Below, one piece after another: positions 12,614 through 25,097 of a stretch of 64,000 bases of DNA. Location of the stretch: NCBI GenBank assembly GCA_048013815.1, contig CM106585.1, forward strand, positions 12,958,001-13,022,000, given 5' to 3'. This DNA is from Setoptus koraiensis (taxonomy: Eukaryota; Animalia; Arthropoda). The notes beneath the pieces are model-generated. The model was given only the letters and a program-made list of their open reading frames with translations, was not told where the DNA came from and did not search any database. The first letter of the stretch is position 1, and the number at the start of each line of letters is the position of its first letter. Made by a program: the position numbers and the translations under genes.

Positions 12614-15209
12614 GCACCCCGTGACGTGCACGTTCGGGCAAACGACGCGTGCGAAAAAAGCAGCATCAGCAATGATTGCAGCCAGCACAGGTTATTGACG
12701 TGAGGTTTTGCGCAAAATATTGATATTACATAAATGTTGCCTCTTTGACAAAGAGTCTTTGTCGCATTTGCACTTTTTTCGAGCGCCCTCTGGCCAGCAA
12801 TTAACCATCTGATAGCTGCGTAAATTACCGGCCACTGCCCATCTGACAGCCCGTGCGCCTGTTACGGTCCGACTAAATGGCACTGCCGGCACAACTGGCC
12901 ACTAGAGCGGCCGGCGCTCATTTTACGCTCGCTTCAGTCCGGCGGGGCGGCCGACGGGACCCGACCGGACCCGACCGGTCCACTGGCCCAGTGCCACTAG
13001 GCTAGGCGAAATGGCGGTCACTGCAGCACAAGTTACAAGACAATTGATATGCAGCACAACACGATAAGCGGCGGCCGGCAGCGGTTTTCGCATGGCGTCC
13101 GTTCGCGGCGCCCCTATGTCCCGCGCGTTGCCCTGTCCCGTTCGCCCGTCTATGCGTCTATTCGGTGTGTTTGTGTTGGCTCTGCTCATGCATATCAATG
13201 ACCGTTCGTTTTAATGAGCTCGATAATTAAACTCGCAGCCCAACTCACAGTTGGAGCTAGTGAGCCAAGAGACAAAACGATGCCATCCGCATACGCACTC
13301 ATTAGAATTGCCGGCGCGAGACTCTACAAGATGAATTACAAATTTACTTGTTAACCAAGCTTATTGTTCAAATTTTGCTCTTTGCGCCGCCCTGCCGGCC
13401 CGAGACGGTGGGCGCGACCCGTGAGCAACTACCAGAACCACCGCGCAACGGCACCGCACGCATCAACTCGAAAACAACCGGGCTACCCAATGCCCCATGC
13501 CCAATGCTCAATGTCCGATGCCCGGCGGCCGGCGGCCGTGGACCATCGAGAGCAGTGGCCGTAAAGACGATGCTATCGCGTCACTCTCGTCTGATCTGTC
13601 TGTCAAGATCTATCTCGCTGGCCGCCTGGCCGACAGAACATAATAGATATAGGGATAAAGGATGTATAAAGGGATCTTGCGAGTGGATATAGAGGGATGA
13701 AGCATCCGCTCGTCGGCTGCCGTTCACTATTCAGGGCCACTATTCACCGACGCAACGGCATTCGCCGTTGCCATCGCGTAGGCTGCCACCGGGGCCCCCG
13801 CACGCCCAGCGTCTCGGCCAGATCATGTGACTATGATATATGTACTGGTGTCAGTGTATCGGCGCCGGTCCGATGTAAAGTGACTCCGGTTCGGGGAGTG
13901 CAGAGTCGCGCCAGAGTCGCGCCAAAGAGAGAGGGATAATATGAGAGATTATGCGACAGCGCAGCGAGCGCTTGAGCGGGGTGCCCCGCTCCGCCAAGTG
14001 CGGGCGCCGCGGTGCGTGTTTCCGTCGGGCGGCGGCGGCGGCGGCTGCCCAATCGGCACCAAGATGCAAATTCGTCGCTGTCGCTAGGTGCCGCCGTTGC
14101 GCAAATAAATGATATTTACATGTGAACATGTAAAAATGCGAAAAACAGTGACACGTCAGAGAGAACGGGCCAAACGGCTCTGCGATTTCATTTTATTTTT
14201 ATTCCTATTTTTTAATTCTTAACCCGTGGCCCCACCGCGTGCCCGTTCATCCATCATTCGCGCCACTGTGCTGGATATAACCGTCAGGTGTCCCCTTTTC
14301 GCCTGAATTCGGCGCTTGATGTCACAAACAAATCAATCAATCGATATCTCTGGCTCCATCTGAATAATCAGAATGCGCCCGCGAGCCAGCTCACTGACAG
14401 TCGATTGTGTGGTGCGCGCGAACCACGCCGGAATCCACTGACAGACAAATCACGGCCAGACAGCCAGCCAGCCGGTGAGCTGGCCAGCCAGAGGGTGAAA
14501 TGAGCTGAAAAACAAGCACCCAAATCACCGCATAATCGGCTGGCGCGAGAATTAATATTCAGAATCAACAGACTCGGCTGGCGCGTCGAGAAGCCATACG
14601 CGTGGCCTTGTTAGCGATTACGGCTGGGGCCCGCCAGCGAGTAATTCGCGCCGGCTGTCGAGACGTGAGCCAACAATAAGTCAGAGTGCATTGTTTTCTC
14701 GCGTTGCGCCGACATGTTTGTACTGTGTTCAACAATGCCAGTCTGCGAAAGTTTGTCGGAATATTGTTGTCGTTGTTTCTGTTGCTGCCGCTGTTGTTGT
14801 TGCTGTTGTCGTTGTTGTTGTTGTTGTTGTTGTTGGTGTTTACCGTGCACCGCTGTATGGCCTCCCTCGCTCACAGCAACATTGCCAGGCAATGTTGTTG
14901 TGCAGTCAATTAAACAATGCGCGTGCACCGGCCAGCAAATATCCGTTCGTTGATGCTGCTTGGGTCAAAAAACTCTGCCAATGCCATTTTGAGGCATTTT
15001 CGTCCGCAGCTTCGGATTATATCGGCGCAAAGCACCGAGCAGATATTCAAAGAATGCGCACAAGTTCTGGCTAGTGGGCCCGTTGCCGGCGAACGAGGCC
15101 CCAGTCGATGTACCGTTGCGATGTGTCACCATTGCGACGCGTTACCATTGCCGTCTGGCTGGTTACTGCCAGTGTGAAGGTCGCGCGAAGATTAGCTGCG
15201 CAGAGTAGC

Positions 15210-15261
15210 CGCCATTATGTAATACCTATACCTAGAAGGCTGTAGGTATTACATAATGGCG
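15210..15261. other. Hairpin with a perfect 19-bp stem, pre-miRNA-sized
   Basis: cgccattatgtaataccta (15210-15228) pairs with taggtattacataatggcg (15243-15261). The inner 14 nt can extend the stem (cct/agg). Confidence 0.9.
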
Positions 15262-17370
15262 TAGGTGTGCGTACCGCGATGGCCGGCAAAAATGCGTCGC
15301 GGGGGCCGCCACTGCCGCCGCCGCAGAGGATGAATAATTGCGAGTCACGTCACCGCGATGATGGCATCGTGAGCCTCATCGATTGAGTCGCTTGTCTACT
15401 TTTTACCTCTCTCTCTCAAATTGCATTCTTGCTGCTCGCTTGGCTGACAGTGGAATCGCACCGCCAGCCAGCCAGCCAGCCAGCCAGTCAGTCAGTCAGT
15501 CAGTCAGCCAGTCGGCCAGCCAGCTCGTGGGGCCCGTGTTTTGCAAATGTTTTGCTGTAAATTGTCAAACATCATTGGCGCGTATCATAATCATTCAGTC
15601 GTGTGTGACTATTAATTTTTCATATCACTGCAAATGTCAAATGAATAATAAAGAACAATGCGCACACAGCACGCGATGGGCCTCGTTCGGTCTGGGCCAC
15701 AAAATCAGGGCTCGTTCGCAGCGATGCCGCTGACCAACCGGAAGAGGGGCCAGCAAATAAAGCCGTTGCGCTATTTATTTAACACAACGGGGGCATCGCA
15801 CATGAAACGCAAATGAACTAGGTGCTCGTTGTTGTTGTTGTTGTTGTTGTTGTTGCTGCTGCAAATGAGCATCTCGTTCCCACTGCAGGTATGATTCGCT
15901 GAACAACAAACAAACGGCAACAACAACAACAGCAACAACAGTGCCAACCATCTAAGAATCGGTTTATTAGTTTATCATTAACGGCACGCCGGCGCCTACG
16001 CCAACAACAACAATAACGACAACAGCGGCACCAGCAACAACAACAACAACGCCAACAACATCGCCAAGTAACAACAATGCAACGCCCTCGAGCAATGATG
16101 CATAGCGACATTTGCCATTTTGTGTGTCTCTGTGTCGCCTTTTTTCGTTGCCCGTTATCTCATCATCTCGCACAATAAAGCTTGTTAACTATGTCCGCAT
16201 AGTGGGACAAAAGATAACAGTTCAGTATTAGTTTGCTTGCCTCGTGTCGCTCGCCGCACCAAATTTGCCGAGCTATGGACATATGAATATTTAGCGAAAT
16301 ATCCACACACGAATCACGTTGAGTCACGTTATGGCGAACAGGTGCGATAGCATATCTATGCGACACAGCGGGCTGCTAATGCTGCCATTGATCATCTTGG
16401 CAAGCTACCTGTGATATAGTGATGTTGCGCAACATATAGAGCGGGTTGCGCAACGAAACTAGACTTTGCAGCTATGGCAGTACCTCAGTTGGCTGGCGTG
16501 CATTGTCTGGGCGAATGCAGTTCAACAAAACAATCAATTCAAGTTATATCTTGTCCAGTATTCATCGACGGATATCGCGGATATCGCGGATATCGCGGGC
16601 AGAGGGCATATGGGAGGTGGAACACCTCACGCCTCCCACTCAACAGGATGGACCTCCCGCCTCCCACATCCTGCTTTATAGGACAGACCTTCCGCCTGCC
16701 ACCTGGCCGTCGCCAAGAGCTCGACCTAGAACGAGGTGTAAATGTTTACATCAAACACATCTCATAATATAAACGTTATACCTCTTGCTCGATACGAAAA
16801 GATATTGGCCCATTTGAATTGAATTTTGTTGAGGCCAACACAGTTTTTTGTTTCCATCAAAAGTTACAGTACAGAGGGACGGAGATGGGAGTGATGCGGC
16901 AGATAAGGGAGGAATTGGCCAGTAAGCGGGAGGAATACCTGCCCCGATAACTAACGGACCAATGAGAGTTGAATTTGGCGCCCATTTTAGCCAGCTAGAC
17001 GAGATGGGGGCCAATGGAGTATCTCGTGCAGTTGGCAGTGGTACAGATACAGTCGGATGCGATCGGTGTCACGTGGGCACAATGGCTGGGCACGCGAGCC
17101 AGCCAGATAAAAACGAAAAGGATGAATGAATGTCGCTCGGCGAGGCTCGGCCCAATTGTCGCCAAAGAGGCCAGAGCGGGGGCTATGAAACAAAAGGTAT
17201 GATCGCGACTGGTGGCTTAACAGCGGCTTAACTTAATGCCCTCTAATCTGGACCATCTTTTTTCAGACCGACTCATACTCACTTTGTGGCAGCCCACATA
17301 TGAGACCCCATGACAGCCTATGGGCTGTCATGGGAGCCCATGGGAGCCCATGGGAGTGCACGAGGCCAGT

Positions 17371-17420
17371 GAGGGCCTGTGAGGGCCTGTGAGGGCCTGT
17401 GAGGGCCTGTGAGAGTCTGT
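17371..17420. repeat. 10-bp tandem repeat (gagggcctgt) x4-5, preceded by a 12-bp palindromic stem at 17307-17334
   Basis: Direct reading. Confidence 0.85.
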
Positions 17421-19662
17421 GAGAGCTCATCAGTATTTGGACGCCGCGTAGCCGGAGGCGGCTTGTTGTGTAGGCAGAATTTACATTGAATTATGGCCTG
17501 GCCAGCTCTTTACCTGGGCGGCTGTCGCGAGAGCCCGAGACAACTCATAACTGTCTTTATCGTTTGCCACTTAGCGGCTTTGTCGAGCGGCATCTTGCAT
17601 GGCGTCGCATGCGAGCCCCAATCTAAAACAAGTGTCGCCCGCTTGCGACTTCCGTTTGCACTTAGGCGGCCCATTTTGGGTCGTCTAAGTGACGGGGATC
17701 GGGCAAAAACGGTCTTGCTTCACTTACTGAACTCGCTAGACTTAATCGTGGATTCACGCGTGAATTTGTGCTGGCAACTGTTGGCCGGCTTGGCGGGGCC
17801 AAAATGCGACCAACAACCGTTACAGCAGCAGTAATTGATTTGCTGCGCCACACTGACGCACTATGATGATGATGTAATGCGATTTGAATTATTATTAATA
17901 ATTTTATTATTAGGTGATTCGTGGCACGGCGACAGGTGCATGTAGCGGCCGCTGATTTATGGCAAACACTAGTGGCGACTCGCGAGCACTATAGCGACTC
18001 AATATTGGTTTTAGTATTCATTCATGAATACTAAAACCATTCCAGCAAGCGATGAATGAGTGATTCAGTTAGTCGCTATTATCTGGTCCGACATGCGACC
18101 CAATTGTAAATCGATTTCGCTTGCCCGACCGCCGCGTCGTCCGCGGCCGGGCGAGCCGGAAAGTGGCGCCCGGCCGCGGACGACCAATGGCGCCGACAGA
18201 AACAAAAGCCCACAAATGAGGTGTGGACGTGAATGAGTTAACAGATGGAGGCGGCGAAAAATCACGACTTTTGACGCATTTTAAGTTGGTGCGCGGCTAT
18301 TGGGCCTCGACGGAGTGTGTGGCATCTGTCGAGGCACTTAATGCAGAAAACATGTGACTAAAAAGCGCCACCACTTATCTGATTTGTTCGAGCGCAACCA
18401 CGAGCTCGACGAACAACTAAAAGCACTAGCACTGGGTGTTTGAGTTTAGGAACGCGTGTGATTCTTGTGTCATCTGGATAAACTGTTAGCTGTCAACACA
18501 ATTAGTCGGCCTAGCGGACGAACTAACCGTTACCCGTGCGGACTAACGGACCGACGGTCAGCCGGTCAGCCGGCTGATGTTGGCTGACATCAACGCGTGC
18601 CAACAGCGCATCATGTGTGCCGCTAACAGGCTTCGTGCGCATATGACGTAACGTTCAATAACGCGACAGCGCTGGCGCATTATTACATCATATTGTTGTT
18701 ATTACGTCATATTTAAGTATGTGTGTTATAGAATAATGGGCATGGGATAGAATGTGCCAAGACACACACACACATACACACATTATAATGTGAGATGTGA
18801 CACAATTACTCATCGGGCGCCAAGAATGTCGGCCCGTCATACTCGGGACAGGGCGCATAGTGGCGCCCCAACATGCGGTCTCGCTCGATCGAATCTGACC
18901 GAATCGGATCTGACCGGACCGGACCGAACCGGACCGACTGACCGGACTGGTCCACTCAGTGGTCAGTGAGTCGGTCAGCGCGACACGCGAGCTTTCCAGC
19001 TCATATTTATGCGCCCCCTCTCGACGAGCACCAACAAGCGGTGCGCTACTTGTATGTGCTGCTGGCAAGCTAACAAGTAAAGCAATAACAAAACAAGCAA
19101 GTGATTGCATCATCTTGTGATGTGTCCCCTCGAGCTGGCTCGCCGCACAATTGTCAGCGCCTCTTGGCGGCTCGTGGCCCGGTTTTCTTGTGGCGCCCCA
19201 GCTCTACTCAACTCACTGATCTATATGCTCGACTTGGGTTGGGGCCCGACTCGGCCTTGGCCAGCACATGGACAGCACATAGACGGCATATAGTGCATGA
19301 GAGCTCTATGCCAGCTGAGCGGCTAGGTGCCAAATCGGCGGGCGCCCCCGTGCCCAACTTTCCAATTGGCGCCTCTAGCCGCCACTTGTCACGCAAAGTC
19401 GACAATATGACTAACAATATATATAATATATATATTATTATTATTGTTTTGTGCGCATTCACATGCCACGCAATTACTAGAAAGCGACTAGATTATTAAA
19501 GAAAAATCGCTGGCTTGTGGTTTTTATATTTCGCGCGGACCAACTTTGGCGCGACCCAAAAACCCGAGAAATTGAAAATTATTTATGGATCAATTTATTT
19601 GTACATGTCTTGTCGCACCATATCGCACGCTTAACGCGGCCACATCGCCCATGTGGCGCCCT

Positions 19663-19722
19663 GCGACCCACGCTAGGGCGACCCACGCTAGGGCGACCCA
19701 CGCTAGGGCGACCCATGCTAGG
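19663..19722. repeat. 15-bp tandem repeat (gcgacccacgctagg) x4
   Basis: Copies at 19663, 19678, 19693 and 19708; the last has one substitution. Confidence 0.9.
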
Positions 19723-20479
19723 GAGATCCATAATGAGGCAACGATTGACCACAATACGAAATAAAGAAGTTACAAGTTGCGCAATGAATCATCACAACTG
19801 TTGGTGCCCATCGGAAATTGCTTCACGCGCCAGCCAGTGGATGCGTAACTGATGGCCGAAGTAATTGAAATGCCATCGCTCGAGAATGGATATTAGTGAA
19901 GACGTTCAATTATGTCACACAATTTGTACCCACGTTGCAAGTGTCAGCGATGAGCAAGCGGGCAGCCAGAGCGAATTAAATTGGCGGCAATTGTGACAAT
20001 ATGGAAATATTGTGAGAATATAACAGAATATTGTGAGTGTGTGGCGTGTCAACTGTCATGCCAAGTCAGGTAGCAATCGACCACTATAATTATCTGTCTC
20101 TGTTCAGTGTGTGTGTGTGTGTGCTTGCATTGTCTGGATTGTGGGGCCCATAGTCGGACAAAATCCGGCAAATGGGGTGACAGCAGGCGCAATCACAGAG
20201 TCAATAATAGATGGATAATAGCGGATATAGCGGGCCCATTGAGCCGACACAAGCACCACTTAGGTGCCCAATGGCACACTAAAGATCCATCAGTGCAAGT
20301 ACAAATTGTTTGATTGGTGCGCTGGGCCGAGCCGAGTCGAGCCATCGAGGGGGAGCCGAGCCTGAAACGGAGAGACAATTGAGCGGCAAAGAGCCTTTCT
20401 GCTCGTGCAAAGCATTTGCACGAGCAGAGGATTTAAATAACGTGCAAGCAAACAAACAAACAAACAATTATTCGCGTGC

Positions 20480-20522
20480 ATCGTATATTACATGAGCGGG
20501 ATTAGTTCGTGTAATATACGAT
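20480..20522 (+). other. Hairpin: 13 Watson-Crick bp plus 5 more bp including two G:U, with a 7-nt loop
   Basis: atcgtatattaca-tgagc / gttcg-tgtaatatacgat. The two non-canonical pairs are G:U only on the + strand. Confidence 0.75.
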
Positions 20523-23500
20523 TGTGCCAACTGACTCTCCCTACAACTTGTATGATACAACTTGTATCGCACAGGTGACTCCAATGCAGCCAGCGCTGGA
20601 CGTGGCCAGTTGCGGACGTAGCCGGTTTTAGAGGGAGCCTCGATCGCGCGCCGGCCGGTAATCTATTAATCTATTTGGGCTGTTTGACTTTTTGACTTCC
20701 ATTAGTACATGTGTTACAGCAGATAATATTGTATTGGTGGCCGCGACAAACAATTGCGCAGATATTTGGATATCTCAATGGCTGCAACTTGCAACGACGA
20801 GATGACGAAAAATGATAACAGTGCGACCTGGCCGAACCGGGCCACTGAGAGGGGCGCGCACCCAAACACGAGCCTCACATTGGAATCGGCTGACCGTTGC
20901 GTACGTCATGATATTAATCATCGAATGGGCTGTCGGCCGAAATTGGCGCCCCACGGTAAATTGTCGAGCAACTGCCGCCAGTGGCTGCAGCCGGCCGACG
21001 ACAGCCCGAGAGTGGCCCCAAACGGCCCCGAACGGCCCCAAATGGAAGCGCGAGCGCGCTGACAGGTGATCGTGAGCGTTTTGTGCGGTGCACTTGTTTT
21101 GCCGGGCCCAGTATAACTGCTGTACCGGGTATAACAAGTGTGTACTAGGTTTAACTGTGTAGATACAGGTATAAAAACAGTGTATATAACACTGGAAAAA
21201 AAGAGCCAGAATTGCGGCAAAAACTGGACAAAATTGAGAGAAAAAAGAAGAAAAACAAAAGTGTCTCGTGCCAACAATTTAACTGGCAACGGCAGCATTT
21301 CGCCCCTGCCGTTTCTATGGCGCGCCTATGACACACAATTGACTCTGCCACTATCTGCGACTTCCGCTCGGCTTGCAAGCCGCTCGAGCCGCGCAACCGG
21401 ATTAAACCGATAAAAGGGGCGCAGGCGGAAGAACAGCTGACGGTTCGTTTCTGTCCGCTTAATTCGGCTGGCTGGCTGGCTGGCTCGGCTCGGTTAGCCG
21501 GTCCGGTTACCGACTCGGTAATACCGAGGCGGCGCCAGGTAGCGGGGGGCTCTTGTTTCAGCATGTCATTATTTGCGCGCTGGCTGTATCCTCTAATTTT
21601 GTCGCTGGGCGGCTCTCAGGTATCGCGGGCCGCGCCGAAAAAAGTTACACGAATTGCACGTGTTCTGTACACAGATAAACACATATTTATATAAATAACT
21701 GTATCGCGTATCACTAATCATTACAAGCGGGCGGCCGGCCGGCCGACTTTACTGCTGACGTTGTTGCCTGAATACAAATTGCGACGTTGTTGATTGTTGT
21801 CTCGCCGCTGGCTCGTGTTCGCTCTATTTATATTTTGTTTATTCTCGCTCATTCTCGCTCGTTCTCGCTCGTTCTCGCTCGTTCTCGCAGCCGGCGCCCC
21901 TATGCGCCGGCTGTGCCGCAGCCGCCGCCGACGAGCACGCTCGCCATGACGAGAATGATCGCGAGTCGCAACAACAACAATGGCAAGCTGACTGAACTAT
22001 CTATCATTTGCGACCATCGCCGGCGCTGAATTGCCCATCGAGCTGAATCGAGCCAATTCACAAATTTGTGCCGTCATCTAATCTCGCGCGCACACGCGCG
22101 CATGAATCTCGAATGAGAAATTTGAGGGAAATTTCATTGGGGCCCCAGCGCTGACACACTTACAGTGTATGCAGCCGGCACACAACGCCGGCGACATCGC
22201 AACATGGAGCGACACAAACACAAACACAAACAGCCAACAACAGCGCCAGCCAAAGTGGCCGCGGCAAGACAAGTCAAGGTGAGGCCCCGACGTTATTGCG
22301 TAATGACAGTAGATGGTTGGTTTTATTGCTGGTCAGTGCGAGTGAGTGGGGGACAGTGGGGGAGGGAGAGAGAGAGAGAGAGCACAATGTCGCAACTCCA
22401 CAATGTCGCAAAGTCAGAACGACGCAACGCCAGAATGACGCAACGCCAGAATGATTCATGAAAGAATAAGCGCGCAAATAAAAGAATCATTTCGGCGGAA
22501 GCGACTCCGCCGCACAAAACTCAACTGTCGACCGGGCCTCATTGTAGACACAGTCGGACACTAATCGTCTGGCACCTGATACCTATGCTGGTCACTGTTA
22601 CCTTTGGCCGAAATGCTGCCGCTGCCGGTCAGCGGGCAGCAACGGTGCGCCCGACATAATAATAATTCTTCACAGAATATCAAAACGCCAGCGCACGGTG
22701 ACATTTTAGTGCCCATGGATGCTAGATTTATCTGTCCCATGTCCATTGTTGGTGTGTGTGTGTGTCCGCTTGCGCCGCTGTTTGGCCGCCATTAGAATAA
22801 TGGTAAAATGGTAAAATAAAATGGACATTGCGCTAGTTGCGATTTGATTGTCGCACTGGCCACTGGCCACTGGGCTCGAGGCTTGAGACTCGAGACTCGC
22901 CCGGCAGCCCGACTTGCGCGGGCCTCATTAGCAAGATGTTGCTCGGTGCGGCGCGCCACACACGAGAGTGACCGCGATACGGCCATCGTGTGAATATCAT
23001 GCACATATCGCGCGCAATCGGCTTGTACGGCGCGGAATCGCATCAGGTAGCGAGCGGCTGTCGAGGCGGTTGTCGTCCCAACGGGCCGGTGTTGTCGTTG
23101 CGTAATTTGTTGTGTCTTGGCGTGTCTCGTACAGGGCTGCTGTACAGCAAACGCGCTCGCTATTACGCTCGCGTTATTTGCTTGCGCAACAGCAACGAAA
23201 ACAACAGCAGCAACAACAACAGCAACGACAACAACAGCGCCAACAACAGCGACAACAACAACAGCGACAACAACAGCAACGACAACAGCGCCAACAACAG
23301 CAACGACAACGACGAGCGCAATTTCAACTCGGCCGGCCAAAATGAGCTTAAATTATCAACTGGACCAACGAGACGATGATGCGAGATGATTCGCACGACA
23401 CCAGATAAGCCCGAACGCTGGACAATCGTCGTCGTGTCACCACAACGATAAGATAACAATCGTCGTCGTCGTCGTCGTCCCATCTAATCATTATCTATCA

Positions 23501-23591
23501 TCTGTCTCTTGGCCCGTCGTTGTGTCTCTGTCTCGCAAATAAATATTTATATGTACCGTTATATATCCGTTATATCTGTTTGGTATACTAT

Positions 23592-23663
23592 ATATACCCA
23601 GTTATATATCCAGTTATATATCCAGTTATATACCCAGTTATATATCCAGTTATATGTCCAGAA
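23592..23663. repeat. 12-bp tandem repeat (atata(t/c)ccagtt) x about 6
   Basis: Direct reading; source of the IYPV/YIQL/WIYN spurious ORFs. Confidence 0.85.
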
Positions 23664-24134
23664 TGTATACAGTGCAGTACAGTATTTATGCGCCACCAGA
23701 AATGCAGCATGATGCAGCGTGTATTTATTTGTATATATTTGGTATTTGGAGAATGGCACCGTTGAATAGCGATGGCGACAACATTAATATTAATTTCAAT
23801 TGTCATTCGCGGCGCGGCTCGGCGCGTTGTTGTTCGCTGGCCGGACAACTAAACTCGCTTGGTTGTCTTGATATCGCCGGCGGGCCGGCCGGCCGGCCAG
23901 TGTGTAGTAGTGTCGCAATGGCCAGCATGGCTGCAATGATGCGATAAAATTCACCGCTTGTGCCAATACTCCAACGCCAATCGCCACTGACCAATTGTCC
24001 CAAGGTTACCTGTGTCACCTGTCCTATATCATAGCACGTATATCGCACATCGTGTATATGTTACATATATTGAAGGTATTATTGTCTATTGGCCGCTGTC
24101 CACTGGCCCGTACGAGTGGGCCGGCTGTTGCTGA

Positions 24135-24170
24135 CGGTCACTTGTGAGCTTGTCAGCTCACAAGTGGCCG
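24135..24170 (+). other. 16-bp hairpin (one U:G) with a 4-nt loop
   Basis: cggtcacttgtgagct - tgtc - agctcacaagtggccg. Confidence 0.8.
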
Positions 24171-24979
24171 CTGTGTGTGGGCCCCTCAATAGCGAGCCAT
24201 CAGCATATCGGCACATCAGTGGATCGGCACATCAGTGGATCGGCACATCGGTATATCGGCGCAGTGGCCGGCCAAACAGCCCACCGAGGGCATCTCTTAA
24301 GCTCTTCACTTGCACTTATACAACTTATATTAGTTATTATATAACTTATATATATATATATATATATTAAGCTGACTTTTGTCAACGCCGATACAACCAT
24401 ATTATTCTGATATCGGGCTCATATCAGGCCCAGCTAACCAGGTAACAGCCTGGCGCCCGTCGAGTGCTCGATGCATTATTATTAGTTTATTGCTCTAGTG
24501 ACTCAAACGCTGGCCACTCCACCTGCCGCCAATATACCCGCCAATATACCCGCTATACGCCCGCCACACACCCGCTATACACCCGCCACATGCCCGCTAT
24601 ACACTCGCCATATACCCGTGTACATATCGTTGTACCAACAAATATATATATATATATATACATGGCCATTTGCACTTTGCCAAATCTAACCCGGATTGGG
24701 TAGGCGGCTGCGACACTCATATTCGGGTTACTTGCTTTGATTGCTACAACCACTGCTATCATCTCATGCCGAAACAGGTCAAGGGCTGTTCTAGTCAGGT
24801 GAGCTAGTTTTAGTGTAATTATTAGCAAATCGATGGAGCGACTAATGTATTTATTATCATATATATTATTCGCACTCAACTAACGCAACCAGATAACGGT
24901 GACTTGCATCACTTGACTAGTTGGCCGTGTAGACAGGCCGAAAAATGCTCGATCGTTCGCTTGACCTTTTCTATTTCAA

Positions 24980-25097
24980 TTTTTCGGATGCTTGCATGTT
25001 TTTCGGATGCTTATTTTTCGGACGCTTGTTTTTCGGACGCTTGTTTTTCGGATGCTCGTTTTTCGCATGCTCGTTTTTCGGACGCTTGTTTTTCGGG
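24980..25097. repeat. 15-bp tandem array (tttttcggaYgctYR) x7-8
   Basis: Units start at 24980, 24999, 25014, 25029, 25044, 25059 and 25074, partial at 25089. Confidence 0.9.

Noticed and set aside
22990-23389. N-, Q- or T-rich ORFs in three frames
   Set aside because: All three arise from one CAA/CAG-type microsatellite and the flanking peptide is not convincing.
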